A DNA stretch of 51,682 nucleotides from a virus. Lineage: Duplodnaviria; Heunggongvirae; Uroviricota; Caudoviricetes. Numbering within the stretch: the first letter of the stretch is position 1; the number at the start of each line of letters is the position of its first letter. A program made the translations under genes and the position numbers. The notes beneath the pieces are model-generated. The model had not been told where the DNA came from. It saw nothing but the letters and a program-made list of their open reading frames with translations, and searched no databases. The stretch spans positions 1-51,682 of IMG/VR virus record IMGVR_UViG_2651869781_000017; one strand, given 5' to 3'. Below are positions 29,018-39,049 of this stretch, piece after piece.

Positions 29018-29206
29018 ATGGCACGAACAATGCTCTATAAGCCTGGCAACATGATCACCTGTGGTCAGTTTGCTGTCGATTACATCATTGTTGATGACGA
29101 AGAAGTTAAATCTCACCTGAAAAAAGGCTGGGTAAAAACTCCTGAAGAAACCGCAACGAAGCATAAAGTGGCTAAGGCGGAAGAAGATGGCGAAAACGAA
29201 GGGTGA
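29018..29206 (+). CDS. hypothetical small protein (62 aa) after coat gene
   Basis: ORF with GGGAGAAG RBS before ATG at 29018. Confidence 0.35.
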   Translation: MARTMLYKPGNMITCGQFAVDYIIVDDEEVKSHLKKGWVKTPEETATKHKVAKAEEDGENEG

Positions 29207-29648
29207 TCTCGTTCTTAAGGCTTTACGAAAAGCCGGGCTGTATTCCAATGCCACGTTGACAGATGCCGACCCTCAGGCAATTGAAGATGCCATTAATGAC
29301 CTCGAAGACATGATGGCAGCATGGCAGGCTAAAGGTATCGAGCTTGGATATCAGTTTGCTGATACAGGTAACGGCATCATGCCGTTACCTGACGATGATT
29401 CAGGTATCCCTGCATGGGCAAATGATGGCGTCGCTTTGAAGCTCGCTGTGCAAGTGTGCATGGATAACGTCATTCAGCCGTCAGACGCTCTCCTTACCGC
29501 TGCTGACAGTGCATATCAAACAATCTGTATCGCTTTAACCAAAATACCACCACTTGAGCGGCGAAATGACATGCCTCGCGGTAGTGGTAACAAAAGCGCG
29601 TTTACGTGGAATCGGTTTTACATCGAGAAAGATGATCCGAGTACGTGA
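29187..29648 (+). CDS. head-to-tail adaptor / tail accessory factor (gp4-like)
   Basis: 153 aa; position immediately before gp10-like gene. Confidence 0.65.
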   Translation: MAKTKGDLVLKALRKAGLYSNATLTDADPQAIEDAINDLEDMMAAWQAKGIELGYQFADTGNGIMPLPDDDSGIPAWANDGVALKLAVQVCMDNVIQPSDALLTAADSAYQTICIALTKIPPLERRNDMPRGSGNKSAFTWNRFYIEKDDPST

Positions 29649-29657
29649 GGTGAATAA

Positions 29658-31076
29658 ATGCCGATTCAGCAACTTCCGCTTATGAAAGGTGTCGGCAAAG
29701 ACTTCCGAAACGCCGACTATATCGACTATCTGCCAGTGAATATGCTGGCTACACCCAAAGAAATTCTCAACAGCAGCGGATATCTTCGCTCATTCCCGGG
29801 CATTGCCAAACGCTCTGATGTGAACGGTGTATCGCGCGGCGTCGAGTACAACATGGCGCAGAGTGCTGTTTATCGCGTGTGTGGTGGCAAACTGTACAAA
29901 GGAGAAAGCGAGGTTGGTGATGTCGCCGGAAGTGGTCGTGTATCAATGGCGCATGGTCGGACATCACAGGCGGTAGGCGTTAATGGTCAACTGGTCGAGT
30001 ATCGCTATGATGGTACGGTTAAAGCCGTCTCAAACTGGCCTACAGACAGTGGATTCACTCAGTATGAGTTAGGTTCAGTTCGCGACATTACGCGCTTACG
30101 TGGGCGTTATGCGTGGTCAAAAGACGGAACTGATTCATGGTTTATCACTGACCTTGAAGACGAATCGCATCCTGACCGTTACAGTGCACAATATCGCGCA
30201 GAATCGCAGCCGGACGGCATCATCGGCATCGGAACATGGCGAGATTTCATCGTCTGCTTTGGTTCATCGACGATTGAATATTTCTCCCTGACTGGTGCAA
30301 CCACTGTTGGTGCCGCGTTGTATGTCGCACAGCCATCGCTGATGGTGCAAAAAGGCATCGCCGGAACTTACTGCAAAACGCCGTTTGCTGATTCTTATGC
30401 ATTCATCAGCAATCCGGCAACAGGTGCGCCGTCTGTATACATCATCGGTTCCGGTCAGGTATCACCAATCGCCAGCGCGAGCATTGAGAAAATACTACGC
30501 TCCTACACTGCTGATGAACTGGCTGATGGTGTGATGGAATCGTTGCGGTTTGATGCGCATGAGCTGCTGATTATTCACCTGCCGCGCCACGTCCTCGTAT
30601 ACGACGCATCTTCAAGATCCAATGGTCCGCAATGGTGTGTGCTGAAAACAGGCCTGTATGACGATGTGTACCGCGCTATCGACTTCATTTACGAAGGCAA
30701 TCAGATAACGTGCGGAGATAAGCTGGAGTCCGTGACCGGGAAATTGCAGTTCGATATCAGCAGCCAGTACGACAAGCAGCAGGAACACCTGCTGTTTACT
30801 CCGTTGTTCAAAGCGGATAACGCCAGAGTATTTGACTTTGAGGTTGAATCGTCAACTGGCGTTGCGCAGTATGCTGACCGCCTTTTTCTCTCTGCAACCA
30901 CTGACGGCATCAATTACGGGCGTGAGCAGATGATTGAGCAGAATGAACCGTTCGTTTACGACAAACGCGTTTTGTGGAAGCGTGTCGGGCGCATCAGGAA
31001 AAATGTCGGTTTCAAATTGCGCGTTATCACGAAGTCACCTGTCACTCTGTCAGGTTGCCAGATAAGGATTGAGTAA
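29658..31076 (+). CDS. tail hub protein (gp10-like)
   Basis: 472 aa, same length as P22 gp10; synteny. Confidence 0.75.
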   Translation: MPIQQLPLMKGVGKDFRNADYIDYLPVNMLATPKEILNSSGYLRSFPGIAKRSDVNGVSRGVEYNMAQSAVYRVCGGKLYKGESEVGDVAGSGRVSMAHGRTSQAVGVNGQLVEYRYDGTVKAVSNWPTDSGFTQYELGSVRDITRLRGRYAWSKDGTDSWFITDLEDESHPDRYSAQYRAESQPDGIIGIGTWRDFIVCFGSSTIEYFSLTGATTVGAALYVAQPSLMVQKGIAGTYCKTPFADSYAFISNPATGAPSVYIIGSGQVSPIASASIEKILRSYTADELADGVMESLRFDAHELLIIHLPRHVLVYDASSRSNGPQWCVLKTGLYDDVYRAIDFIYEGNQITCGDKLESVTGKLQFDISSQYDKQQEHLLFTPLFKADNARVFDFEVESSTGVAQYADRLFLSATTDGINYGREQMIEQNEPFVYDKRVLWKRVGRIRKNVGFKLRVITKSPVTLSGCQIRIE

Positions 31077-31777
31077 TGGCTGATTCGAATCTCAATACAC
31101 CTGTTATTGTGCAGGCGACGCGGCTCGATACATCAATCCTTCCACGCAATATATTCAGCCAGTCTTACCTGCTGTATGTCATTAATCAGGGGGCTGATGT
31201 CGGCGCAATTGCCGGGAAGGCAAATCAGGCTGGTCAGGGCGCTTACGATGCTCAGGTGAAAAACGATGAACAGGACGTCGAACTGGCAGATCACGATTCA
31301 AGAATCACCGCAAACACAAAAGCGATAAATCTCCTTGAGGTCAGGTTAACAACCGCCGAAGGGAAGATAGTCGTACTGCGTAGCGATGTTGATTACTTGC
31401 TGGATGAGGTTATCGATATTCAGGCGCATCTGGTCACTGTTGACCAAAGACTGGATGACGTAGAAAACGATGTCTCTGGCATTAAGAGTGATTACGTATC
31501 GAAAACCGTAACCGAATTGCAGTCTCTTGCGTCACCGCTGGATGTAAAAACATCATATTCAGTTGATGGAATTCAGGTTGTTGGAGCAAGAAATACCGGA
31601 TGGACTGCAGCCACAGGTACACCTCTTCTTGGCTCATTCAACGCTAACCAGTCATACACGGTCGGCACTACGTACACACAATCCGAAGTCGCAGCTATCG
31701 CTACAGGTTTGGAGCAGGCGCGGCAGCGTATTCTGGCGCTTGAAACAGCACTTAGATTACATGGGCTGATTGACTGA
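31076..31777 (+). CDS. tail needle (gp26-like)
   Basis: 233 aa; N-terminus [36 protein letters not shown]... matches P22 gp26. Confidence 0.85.
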   Translation: MADSNLNTPVIVQATRLDTSILPRNIFSQSYLLYVINQGADVGAIAGKANQAGQGAYDAQVKNDEQDVELADHDSRITANTKAINLLEVRLTTAEGKIVVLRSDVDYLLDEVIDIQAHLVTVDQRLDDVENDVSGIKSDYVSKTVTELQSLASPLDVKTSYSVDGIQVVGARNTGWTAATGTPLLGSFNANQSYTVGTTYTQSEVAAIATGLEQARQRILALETALRLHGLID

Positions 31778-32232
31778 TGATTACATTCAAACCAACACGA
31801 AACATCGACCTGATAGAAGCCGTGGGAAATCACCCCGACATTATCGCTGGTAGCAACAACGGTGATGGATACGACTACAAGCCTGAATGCCGTTACTTTG
31901 AGGTTAACGTGCACGGTCAGTTTGGCGGCATTGTTTACTATCAGGAGATTCAGCCGCTTACATTCGATTGCCACGCCATGTACCTGCCAGAGGTTCGTGG
32001 ATTCAGCAAGGAAATCGGGCTGGCGTTCTGGCGATACATTCTGACTAACACCACCGTTCAGTGCGTCACATCGTTCGCTGCACGCAAATTCCGCCACGGT
32101 CAGATGTATTGCGCAATGATTGGCCTTAATCGTGTAGGAACCATCAAGAAATACTTCAAAGGCGTGGATGACGTGACGTTTTACAGCGCCACACGCGAAG
32201 AACTAATCGACTTCCTGAATCACGGGAGATAG
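31777..32232 (+). CDS. gp14-like virion protein
   Basis: 151 aa; synteny between needle and ejection proteins. Confidence 0.55.
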   Translation: MITFKPTRNIDLIEAVGNHPDIIAGSNNGDGYDYKPECRYFEVNVHGQFGGIVYYQEIQPLTFDCHAMYLPEVRGFSKEIGLAFWRYILTNTTVQCVTSFAARKFRHGQMYCAMIGLNRVGTIKKYFKGVDDVTFYSATREELIDFLNHGR

Positions 32233-32234
32233 CC

Positions 32235-32930
32235 ATGTTATATGCATTTAAGCTGGGCAGAAAACTGCGCGGCGAGGAACCTTATTGCCCTGAAAAAGGC
32301 GGGAAAGGTGGCAGCTCTGATAAAAGCGCAAAGTATGCCGCAGAAGCTCAGAAGTATGCAGCAGACCTGCAAAATCAGCAGTTCAACACCATCATGAATA
32401 ACCTAAAGCCGTTTACTCCTCTGGCTGATAAGTATGTCGGCAGCCTCGAGAACTTATCGTCTCTGGAAGGGCAAGGTCAGGCACTTAACCAGTATTACAA
32501 CTCTCAGCAGTACAAAGATCTTGCTGGTCAGGCTCGCTATCAGAGTCTGGCGGCAGCGGAAGCAACAGGTGGATTGGGTTCCACCGCAACCGGTAATCAG
32601 TTAGCAACAATCGCACCAACGCTTGGTCAGCAGTGGCTGTCTGGTCAGATGAACAACTACCAGAATCTGGCAAACATTGGTCTTGGCGCACTGCAAGGTC
32701 AGGCAAACGCCGGGCAGACATATGCCAACAACATGAGTCAGATTTCGCAGCAAAGTGCGGCTCTTGCAGCGGCAAATGCCAACAGACCATCAGCAATGCA
32801 ATCTGCTATTGGCGGAGGTGCGTCTGGTGCTATTGCTGGGGCTGGACTTGCGAAATTAATTGGTTCATCAACTCCGTGGGGTGCTGGTATCGGTGCTGGT
32901 ATCGGTCTGCTTGGTTCACTGCTTTATTAA
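32235..32930 (+). CDS. ejection protein (gp7-like)
   Basis: 231 aa; Q/A/G-rich; synteny. Confidence 0.7.
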   Translation: MLYAFKLGRKLRGEEPYCPEKGGKGGSSDKSAKYAAEAQKYAADLQNQQFNTIMNNLKPFTPLADKYVGSLENLSSLEGQGQALNQYYNSQQYKDLAGQARYQSLAAAEATGGLGSTATGNQLATIAPTLGQQWLSGQMNNYQNLANIGLGALQGQANAGQTYANNMSQISQQSAALAAANANRPSAMQSAIGGGASGAIAGAGLAKLIGSSTPWGAGIGAGIGLLGSLLY

Positions 32931-32939
32931 GGGGTAATC

Positions 32940-34271
32940 ATGGCTACGTGGCAACAGGGTATTAATTCTGGTGGTTTTCTTGCTGGCATCGGTACGCAAA
33001 ATGAGAATGCGCCAAAGGCAAGCGACATTAACGCAACGCTTGGCCTGATCCGCGAAAACAATGAACTGGCTCGCTCAGGTGCAAATAACGTTGGTCTGAC
33101 CGCGTTACGTGGTCTGGCTGGAGTTGCTGATATTTACAATCAGGAACAGCAACAGAAAGCTATTAGTGCGTTCAATAAGGTTCACGCTGATGCATGGGCT
33201 TCTGGTGATCCATCTGGACTATTTAAGTTTGCCCAGGAAAATCCAGCGTTTGTTGCACAGGCACAACAGGCGTTTTCCGGTCTTAATGAGCAGCAACGCA
33301 ACGATATGGGCGAGTTAGCCATGAGGGCTAACGTCGCTCTTTCTCAGGGACCGGAAGCCTACAGTAAATTCATTACTGACAACAAGGACGGGTTAAATCG
33401 TGTGGGTGCGAATGCTGACTGGATGATTCAGACAGGTATTCAGAATCCAGAGCAGCTATCACACATGCTGACTACTATGACGCTAGGGGCTGTTGGTCCG
33501 GATAAAATGCTGGATTATCAGGATAAGATGGTTGGTCGCCAACTAGAGAAAGGGAGATTGGATGAAAGCATCCGTCAGGCTGATATGGAGAATGCGAGAG
33601 GATGGGCAAATATCCAGAACGCTCAACTAGACAGGGCTCAGCGGGCACAAATGCATAATGATAACGTAGCCCTGAAGTTGCAGGAATTAGGGATGAAACA
33701 ACAGGAAAGCGGAAAGATTGACCCAAAACTTGTTCGAGATCTGAATAGTGATATTAATGGGTTCTCAAAGAATTATTCTGCAATGCGCAGTGCTTCTGAC
33801 AACCTACAAGCCCTTGGGAAGCGCAACACTCCAGCCGCGCAGTTGGGAATGATTTTCAACTATATGAAATCGCTGGATCCGCAATCTGTGGTACGCGAAG
33901 GTGAGCAAGTGCAGGTAAAACGCACTGATGGAATATTCGGCACACTTGGTAACTATGTTAGCCAATTATCTAACGGCAAGATGCTGAATAATGAGCAAGT
34001 CCAGGACTTAATCAACACCTCAAAACTGATGGCAAATACTGAAGGCCAAAAGTTTAATCAGCAAATGGATGATTATCTTTCAACTTATGGAGATTCTCTC
34101 CCCAGCGGACTAACTAAGCAATTGCAATCCAGAAAAGCCAAGCTGTATGAAGATATTCAGCAGCCTGCACAACAACAGAGCAATAACCAACAACCGACAA
34201 ATACCCAACAGCAGCAGAGTCAATCCGGATCATATACCTCAAAATCAGGCATTCAATTTACGGTGGAATGA
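32940..34271 (+). CDS. ejection protein (gp20-like)
   Basis: 443 aa; synteny. Confidence 0.7.
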   Translation: MATWQQGINSGGFLAGIGTQNENAPKASDINATLGLIRENNELARSGANNVGLTALRGLAGVADIYNQEQQQKAISAFNKVHADAWASGDPSGLFKFAQENPAFVAQAQQAFSGLNEQQRNDMGELAMRANVALSQGPEAYSKFITDNKDGLNRVGANADWMIQTGIQNPEQLSHMLTTMTLGAVGPDKMLDYQDKMVGRQLEKGRLDESIRQADMENARGWANIQNAQLDRAQRAQMHNDNVALKLQELGMKQQESGKIDPKLVRDLNSDINGFSKNYSAMRSASDNLQALGKRNTPAAQLGMIFNYMKSLDPQSVVREGEQVQVKRTDGIFGTLGNYVSQLSNGKMLNNEQVQDLINTSKLMANTEGQKFNQQMDDYLSTYGDSLPSGLTKQLQSRKAKLYEDIQQPAQQQSNNQQPTNTQQQQSQSGSYTSKSGIQFTVE

Positions 34272-36394
34272 TGAAAGTAACTGCAAACGGTAAGACATTT
34301 ACCTTCCCTGACGGTACGAGCACGGAAGATATTGGCTCCGCCATTGATGAGTATTTTGCTGGTCAGGCTGTTCAGCAACAAACAGTTAATCAGGCCAATA
34401 ATGAACAAGCACGTGAAGAACCATCATTGATGCAACAAGCTGGCGATTGGCTCACTGGTGGTCAAAGTGCAGGGCAAATTGCAGAACAGGCTGGTCGTGG
34501 TCTGGTAAACATACCATTTGACGTATTGCAGGGTGGCGCAAGTCTGATTAATGCAATCAGTCAGGGGCTTGGTGGGCCAAAAGTATTGGATGATGTCTAT
34601 CGTCCAGTCGATCGACCGACAGACCCTTACGCGCAAGCCGGTGAAACAATTGGTGGGTATCTCCTGCCAATTGGCACAGCGGCAAAAGCTGCTGGAGCGC
34701 CAGCAAAGCTCGCTGGAGATATCGGTTCCGCAGGAAACATGATTGCAGGTTCTCTTGCTGATGCTGCAAATCAGGAGGGCGACTTTGCACAAAATGCTGC
34801 CATTAACGGTGGTATCAATATTGGTGCTCAAGGCGTTCTTTCAGGTGTCGGGCGCGTTATTGCGCCAAGGGTTTCACAGGCTCTTGGTGGTGCAGCACTG
34901 AATTCTGCTAATGATGTTTCCAGGATGGCAAAGTCAGGTGCTGGGCGTCGGTCAATTGCCAGTCAGGCCGCTAATGTGTCCGAAGATGTAGCAAAAGCGG
35001 CTGAGTCTGCTGGAATTGATATAAACGCATTAACACCAGGAATGCGATCTGGAAGTCGTGGAATTGCACAAGCTGAAGGCGCATTGGCATCAACACCAGG
35101 AATTGTTCAGGACGCCCATCAGGCAGCATTTAACGAAATATCATCAAAGTTAAGTCGAAACCTTGATGAATTTGGGGCCGCATCTGGAACGGCATCAGAA
35201 AAAAGTGCGGCTATAAAACAAAGGATTCTTCAAAATCTTGATCAGATGAAGGATGCCGAGCGCGCGGCATGGGATGACGTGCGGTCAACAATGCCAAATC
35301 AAAAAGCAAGAATGCTAAATGGTAATGCCGTTATTCAGGCAGAGCGATCTGCTGGCATACCACTTACTCCTGAAATGAAACAGTTTGTTCAGGCAAACAA
35401 TCAAGGTGGAGTAACATTTGATGGCATGAAAGCATGGAGAGCGAAATTTGCTGATGCGGAGCAAAAATATAAGCGTAGCGGAGAGGCAAATGCGGCAAGG
35501 AGAGCAGGGGAAATACGCCGGGCAATTACTGATGATATGCGCACAATGGCGGAAAACGGCGGATTTCTTGATGACTGGCAGAAAGCTAATGATCTGTCTA
35601 AAGCGAGGTTATCAGCACAAGAGAGTGCAGAGTCTGTTTTCGGGCGTGATTTGGCAACAGATGCACTGATTACGAATGGAGTAAAATCCCTTCAATCATC
35701 GTCAGCTAAAGGTCTTAATGGTCCTGCTGGGTTCCATTCTATGATCCGCGCGCTGCCAGAATCAGAGCGTGTTCCTGCTATATCATCAATGTTGCAAGAT
35801 GCTATCTCGCATGGTGTACGTGGTGGCAAAGCTGATGCAGCAGGAATTAACCATATCGCAGGGATACTTACCCCACAAAATGTAAAAGCCATTAGCAGAT
35901 ATTCCTCAGATCTCGGAAGAATTGCTGATGCATATGGCACTCTTGCAAGAGCGGCAGTGAAACCTCAGCAGTATATTGAAAGAACAGGGAGAACTGCCAA
36001 TGTACTACGCGATCTGGATGCTGGTTTATCCAACGTCACATCAACAGTGTTAAATGCAATTGCCAACTCAACATCAGGTGCCATTGTTGGTGGCGCTGGA
36101 GGGGGTATTGCAGGCGCTGCCGCGGGTGCTTTAGTTGGCGCCGGGTTAAAAGGTGCTGTATCTAAAATTGCCACCACGCGTAGCGGTCGATATGCGATAG
36201 AGAAAGCAGTTCAGGAAGCCACGAAAGCAGTAAGAGCTGGCGGAAGTAAAGAAGCATTAGCGGCGGCGGAACGCAGATTTATGGCAAATAAAGCCGCCGT
36301 AAAAGCAATACGTGATGCAGTTGGAAACGAAGAGTTCAATCGCTTAGCGAGGGCTGGCATTGTAGCGTCGCTAAGCGGAATAGCACAGGAGTAA
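34268..36394 (+). CDS. ejection protein (gp16-like), enlarged (708 aa)
   Basis: Synteny; Ala/Gly-rich; about 100 aa longer than P22 gp16 as remembered. Confidence 0.7.
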   Translation: MMKVTANGKTFTFPDGTSTEDIGSAIDEYFAGQAVQQQTVNQANNEQAREEPSLMQQAGDWLTGGQSAGQIAEQAGRGLVNIPFDVLQGGASLINAISQGLGGPKVLDDVYRPVDRPTDPYAQAGETIGGYLLPIGTAAKAAGAPAKLAGDIGSAGNMIAGSLADAANQEGDFAQNAAINGGINIGAQGVLSGVGRVIAPRVSQALGGAALNSANDVSRMAKSGAGRRSIASQAANVSEDVAKAAESAGIDINALTPGMRSGSRGIAQAEGALASTPGIVQDAHQAAFNEISSKLSRNLDEFGAASGTASEKSAAIKQRILQNLDQMKDAERAAWDDVRSTMPNQKARMLNGNAVIQAERSAGIPLTPEMKQFVQANNQGGVTFDGMKAWRAKFADAEQKYKRSGEANAARRAGEIRRAITDDMRTMAENGGFLDDWQKANDLSKARLSAQESAESVFGRDLATDALITNGVKSLQSSSAKGLNGPAGFHSMIRALPESERVPAISSMLQDAISHGVRGGKADAAGINHIAGILTPQNVKAISRYSSDLGRIADAYGTLARAAVKPQQYIERTGRTANVLRDLDAGLSNVTSTVLNAIANSTSGAIVGGAGGGIAGAAAGALVGAGLKGAVSKIATTRSGRYAIEKAVQEATKAVRAGGSKEALAAAERRFMANKAAVKAIRDAVGNEEFNRLARAGIVASLSGIAQE

Positions 36395-36718
36395 TTAATC
36401 ATCCATGGATGGATTGAGCTTATCTCGTGTTGATGTGGCGATTTGTCCTACATTCCTAAGCCAAGATTTCAAATCCTTGATATTGTCATTGATTTCATGA
36501 ATATCTTCTTTTTTTAGTCTGTTAATATTATTCTCAATAATTTCAATGGATTGCTCAATATCAGATATAGTGAATGATAGTTTGTTCTTCTCATCTTTTA
36601 TTGAGTTTTTAAGTGCTTCGTTCTCAGTCTTGAGGTCAGATATCTTTTGTTTTAAAGATGCCAGTTGGTACTGAACCACAATGAGTGCGATAGCTATCAC
36701 GATAACTGTTGTATACAC
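36395..36718 (-). CDS. N-terminally anchored membrane coiled-coil protein (107 aa), AT-rich cargo gene
   Basis: N-terminal TM (YTTVIVIAIALIVVQY) followed by K/E/N-rich coiled coil; GC far below prophage average. Confidence 0.55.
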   Translation of the reverse strand: MYTTVIVIAIALIVVQYQLASLKQKISDLKTENEALKNSIKDEKNKLSFTISDIEQSIEIIENNINRLKKEDIHEINDNIKDLKSWLRNVGQIATSTRDKLNPSMDD

Positions 36719-36739
36719 ACAAATCTCCTTAGTTAGTAG

Positions 36740-37075
36740 CTATTTGGTAACCAAGGCAATAAACAGCGGAGCAAGGATTGCAGATATCATGAGGGCGATA
36801 AGCCACTTCTGATTCTCGTCCATCTTATCTGCTAGGCGACGCTCCATTCCGTGCATGTCGCCACGGATGCCAATCAACTCTTTTCTAGTTTCTGATATTA
36901 GCTTTTCTTGGTTGGCGGCAATCGTTTCAATGCGGGTCATTCTACTGTTCATATCTGATCCTCCTCCATTGCCACCTCCATGTGCTGGCTCTTCTGAGTC
37001 TTCAATTCCGATGGGGGCAAATTCGCTATTCGGAAAAGGATTGTCAGCATCGTAAGCCAACTTCAACTTAGACAT
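36740..37075 (-). CDS. tail-anchored membrane protein (111 aa) with Gly-rich N-terminal region
   Basis: C-terminal TM (WLIALMISAILAPLFIALV); start overlaps the stop of the upstream Zn-ribbon gene. Confidence 0.55.
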   Translation of the reverse strand: MSKLKLAYDADNPFPNSEFAPIGIEDSEEPAHGGGNGGGSDMNSRMTRIETIAANQEKLISETRKELIGIRGDMHGMERRLADKMDENQKWLIALMISAILAPLFIALVTK

Positions 37076-37433
37076 TGCTGTTTTTCTCCCTTAGATACCA
37101 GCTTAACACAACACCTGTGTTGTACTGCATAATGTATCCGCAATGCTTGCAAATTACATGATAAGAGTAATTTATTGGGTTGAATGATTCATCTTCGTTT
37201 TTTATATATTCACCATAATGGGCATGCCTACCCATGATGTCTTTTCCATTATCCTGATTTACAAATTGAACTTGAGGGACAACCATTTCAGACTGCCCGC
37301 ACATTGGGCATTCGTCTGGAACACCTTTAGCTCTCAAGAAAGAGTCGAGAACCTTTGTAGTTATAGACGATAGCGCCTTGCGATATTCAGCCTCTCGCAG
37401 TTGATCGTCTGAGTATCCTGAATTGTCACTCAT
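37068..37433 (-). CDS. zinc-ribbon protein (121 aa; CPMC...CKHC)
   Basis: Two CxxC pairs; ATGA overlap with mnt stop implies translational coupling. Confidence 0.55.
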   Translation of the reverse strand: MSDNSGYSDDQLREAEYRKALSSITTKVLDSFLRAKGVPDECPMCGQSEMVVPQVQFVNQDNGKDIMGRHAHYGEYIKNEDESFNPINYSYHVICKHCGYIMQYNTGVVLSWYLREKNSNV

Positions 37434-37681
37434 TTTTCATCCTTACCATACATGGTCTTTAGCGTCTCAACATCGCGTTCAAGATCTATCAATCGTGATG
37501 CTATAGTTGCAAGGTCTAGTGCTTGAATGTGTTTATTTTTTTCGGTCCACGCTTCAAGTGCCGCGACCATCTCAGCATTTAATGAACGAGAATTAGCCTC
37601 AGCCAGTTCAATAAGACGTTCCTTTATCTCTACAGGAAGCCTCAGATTCACTTGAGGGTTTTTGTACTTACGATCAGACAT
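37430..37681 (-). CDS. mnt: Mnt-like ribbon-helix-helix repressor
   Basis: 83 aa; N-terminal RHH (VNLRLPVEIKERLIELAEANSRSLNAEM) parallels P22 Mnt; divergent from arc-ant. Confidence 0.75.
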   Translation of the reverse strand: MSDRKYKNPQVNLRLPVEIKERLIELAEANSRSLNAEMVAALEAWTEKNKHIQALDLATIASRLIDLERDVETLKTMYGKDEK

Positions 37682-37786
37682 CGGCGCATCCTGAATAATT
37701 TTTTACCACAGGATATGTAGGTATCTATTGACTATCAATGCGTACCTAAATACTATGTATGCGTACCACACACAACGGAGGATGCA

Positions 37787-37927
37787 ATGAAGGTAAAAAC
37801 ACTGCGTATGCCAGAGAAGCTAGAAAAAATTCTTGAAGAAAAAGCAAAGGAAGAGTGCCGCTCATTCAGCGCAGAAGTAATTAAACGGGTGCTGGACAGC
37901 CTGAGGAGAGAGGGGATAACGGTGTGA
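37787..37927 (+). CDS. arc: Arc-like ribbon-helix-helix repressor (46 aa)
   Basis: MKVKTLRMPEKLEKILEEKAKEECRSFSAEVIKRVL...; small RHH directly upstream of ant. Confidence 0.7.
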   Translation: MKVKTLRMPEKLEKILEEKAKEECRSFSAEVIKRVLDSLRREGITV

Positions 37928-38025
37928 TTCGCTTGGATGCGGCAAAGAAATCAAAACAGTGAAGCCCCAACTGCGGGAACAGTCAGGGCTTCGGTATCGT
38001 AAAACCACGCATAGGAATTAACGAC

Positions 38026-38949
38026 ATGAAAAGTATAGCAACAGCAGTATCTACTATCAATGTACCATTCCACGGCGCAGAGCTTTATGTTGTCAATCAC
38101 AACGGCGAACCGTATACCCCAATGAAACCTATCGTTGAGGGAATGGGGCTAGACTGGAAATCTCAACATAAGAAGATTTCTCAACGCTTCTCGAAGGGTA
38201 TGGTGGAAATCACCATACCTTCTGCCGGTGGGGTGCAAGCCATGATTTGTATGGCTTTACGAAAATTGGCAGCTTGGTTGAACAGCATCAGTCCTAACAA
38301 AGTCCGCCCTGAAATCCGCGACAAGGTAATCCAGTATCAGGAAGAGTGTGACGATGTGCTCTACGACTACTGGACTAAAGGCCATGTAGTTAACCCACGC
38401 AAAGCTAAAAAGGCGTTGCCGGGTAAAATCACCACTGAACAGCAGGAAGCCATTAAACAACTCGTCATGAGTCGCGGTCAGTCTCTGCCAAAAGAAAAAC
38501 AGGCTAAGGCGATGATCACCATGTGGTCGTCACTGAAATCCCATTTTGGATGTTCGTACAAAGAAATCAGTGAGGAGCAGTTTACCGAAGCACTATCACT
38601 TGCAGCTAGAGTTCCACTTGAAGGTGAGTTCATTGGCAAACAAGAGAAGAAAACCAACGAGCTTTCTGCAAAAGAAGCAAACAGCCTTGTATGGTTATGG
38701 GATTATGCCAACCGTTCGCAGGCATTATTCCGCGAACTGTATCCGGCGCTAAAACAAATTCAATCGAACTATTCCGGCAGATGTCATGACTGCGGTTATG
38801 AGTTCTCCCGTATTATCGATATGGCGAGAGATGTTTTAATCAACCATACACGAGATGTTGATATTAATGAGCCAGACGGACCAACGAATCTTTCCGCATG
38901 GATGAGACTTAAGAATAAAGAATTACCTCCTTCAGTACATAACTACTGA
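38026..38949 (+). CDS. ant: antirepressor Ant
   Basis: 307 aa; AntA-type N-terminal domain; immI position downstream of arc. Confidence 0.7.
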   Translation: MKSIATAVSTINVPFHGAELYVVNHNGEPYTPMKPIVEGMGLDWKSQHKKISQRFSKGMVEITIPSAGGVQAMICMALRKLAAWLNSISPNKVRPEIRDKVIQYQEECDDVLYDYWTKGHVVNPRKAKKALPGKITTEQQEAIKQLVMSRGQSLPKEKQAKAMITMWSSLKSHFGCSYKEISEEQFTEALSLAARVPLEGEFIGKQEKKTNELSAKEANSLVWLWDYANRSQALFRELYPALKQIQSNYSGRCHDCGYEFSRIIDMARDVLINHTRDVDINEPDGPTNLSAWMRLKNKELPPSVHNY

Positions 38950-39049
38950 CAGATAACCAACGCAACGACCCAGCTTCGGCTGGGTTTTTTTATGCCCAAA
39001 ATTCACCGTAGCCATGCTGCGGCGATTCCTTGTATCTGGAGCAAATTAA

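Noticed and set aside
28143-29254. Minus-strand ORFs (295 aa, 145 aa, 128 aa) across the coat gene region
   Set aside because: Antisense to the well-supported coat gene and downstream genes; no independent support.
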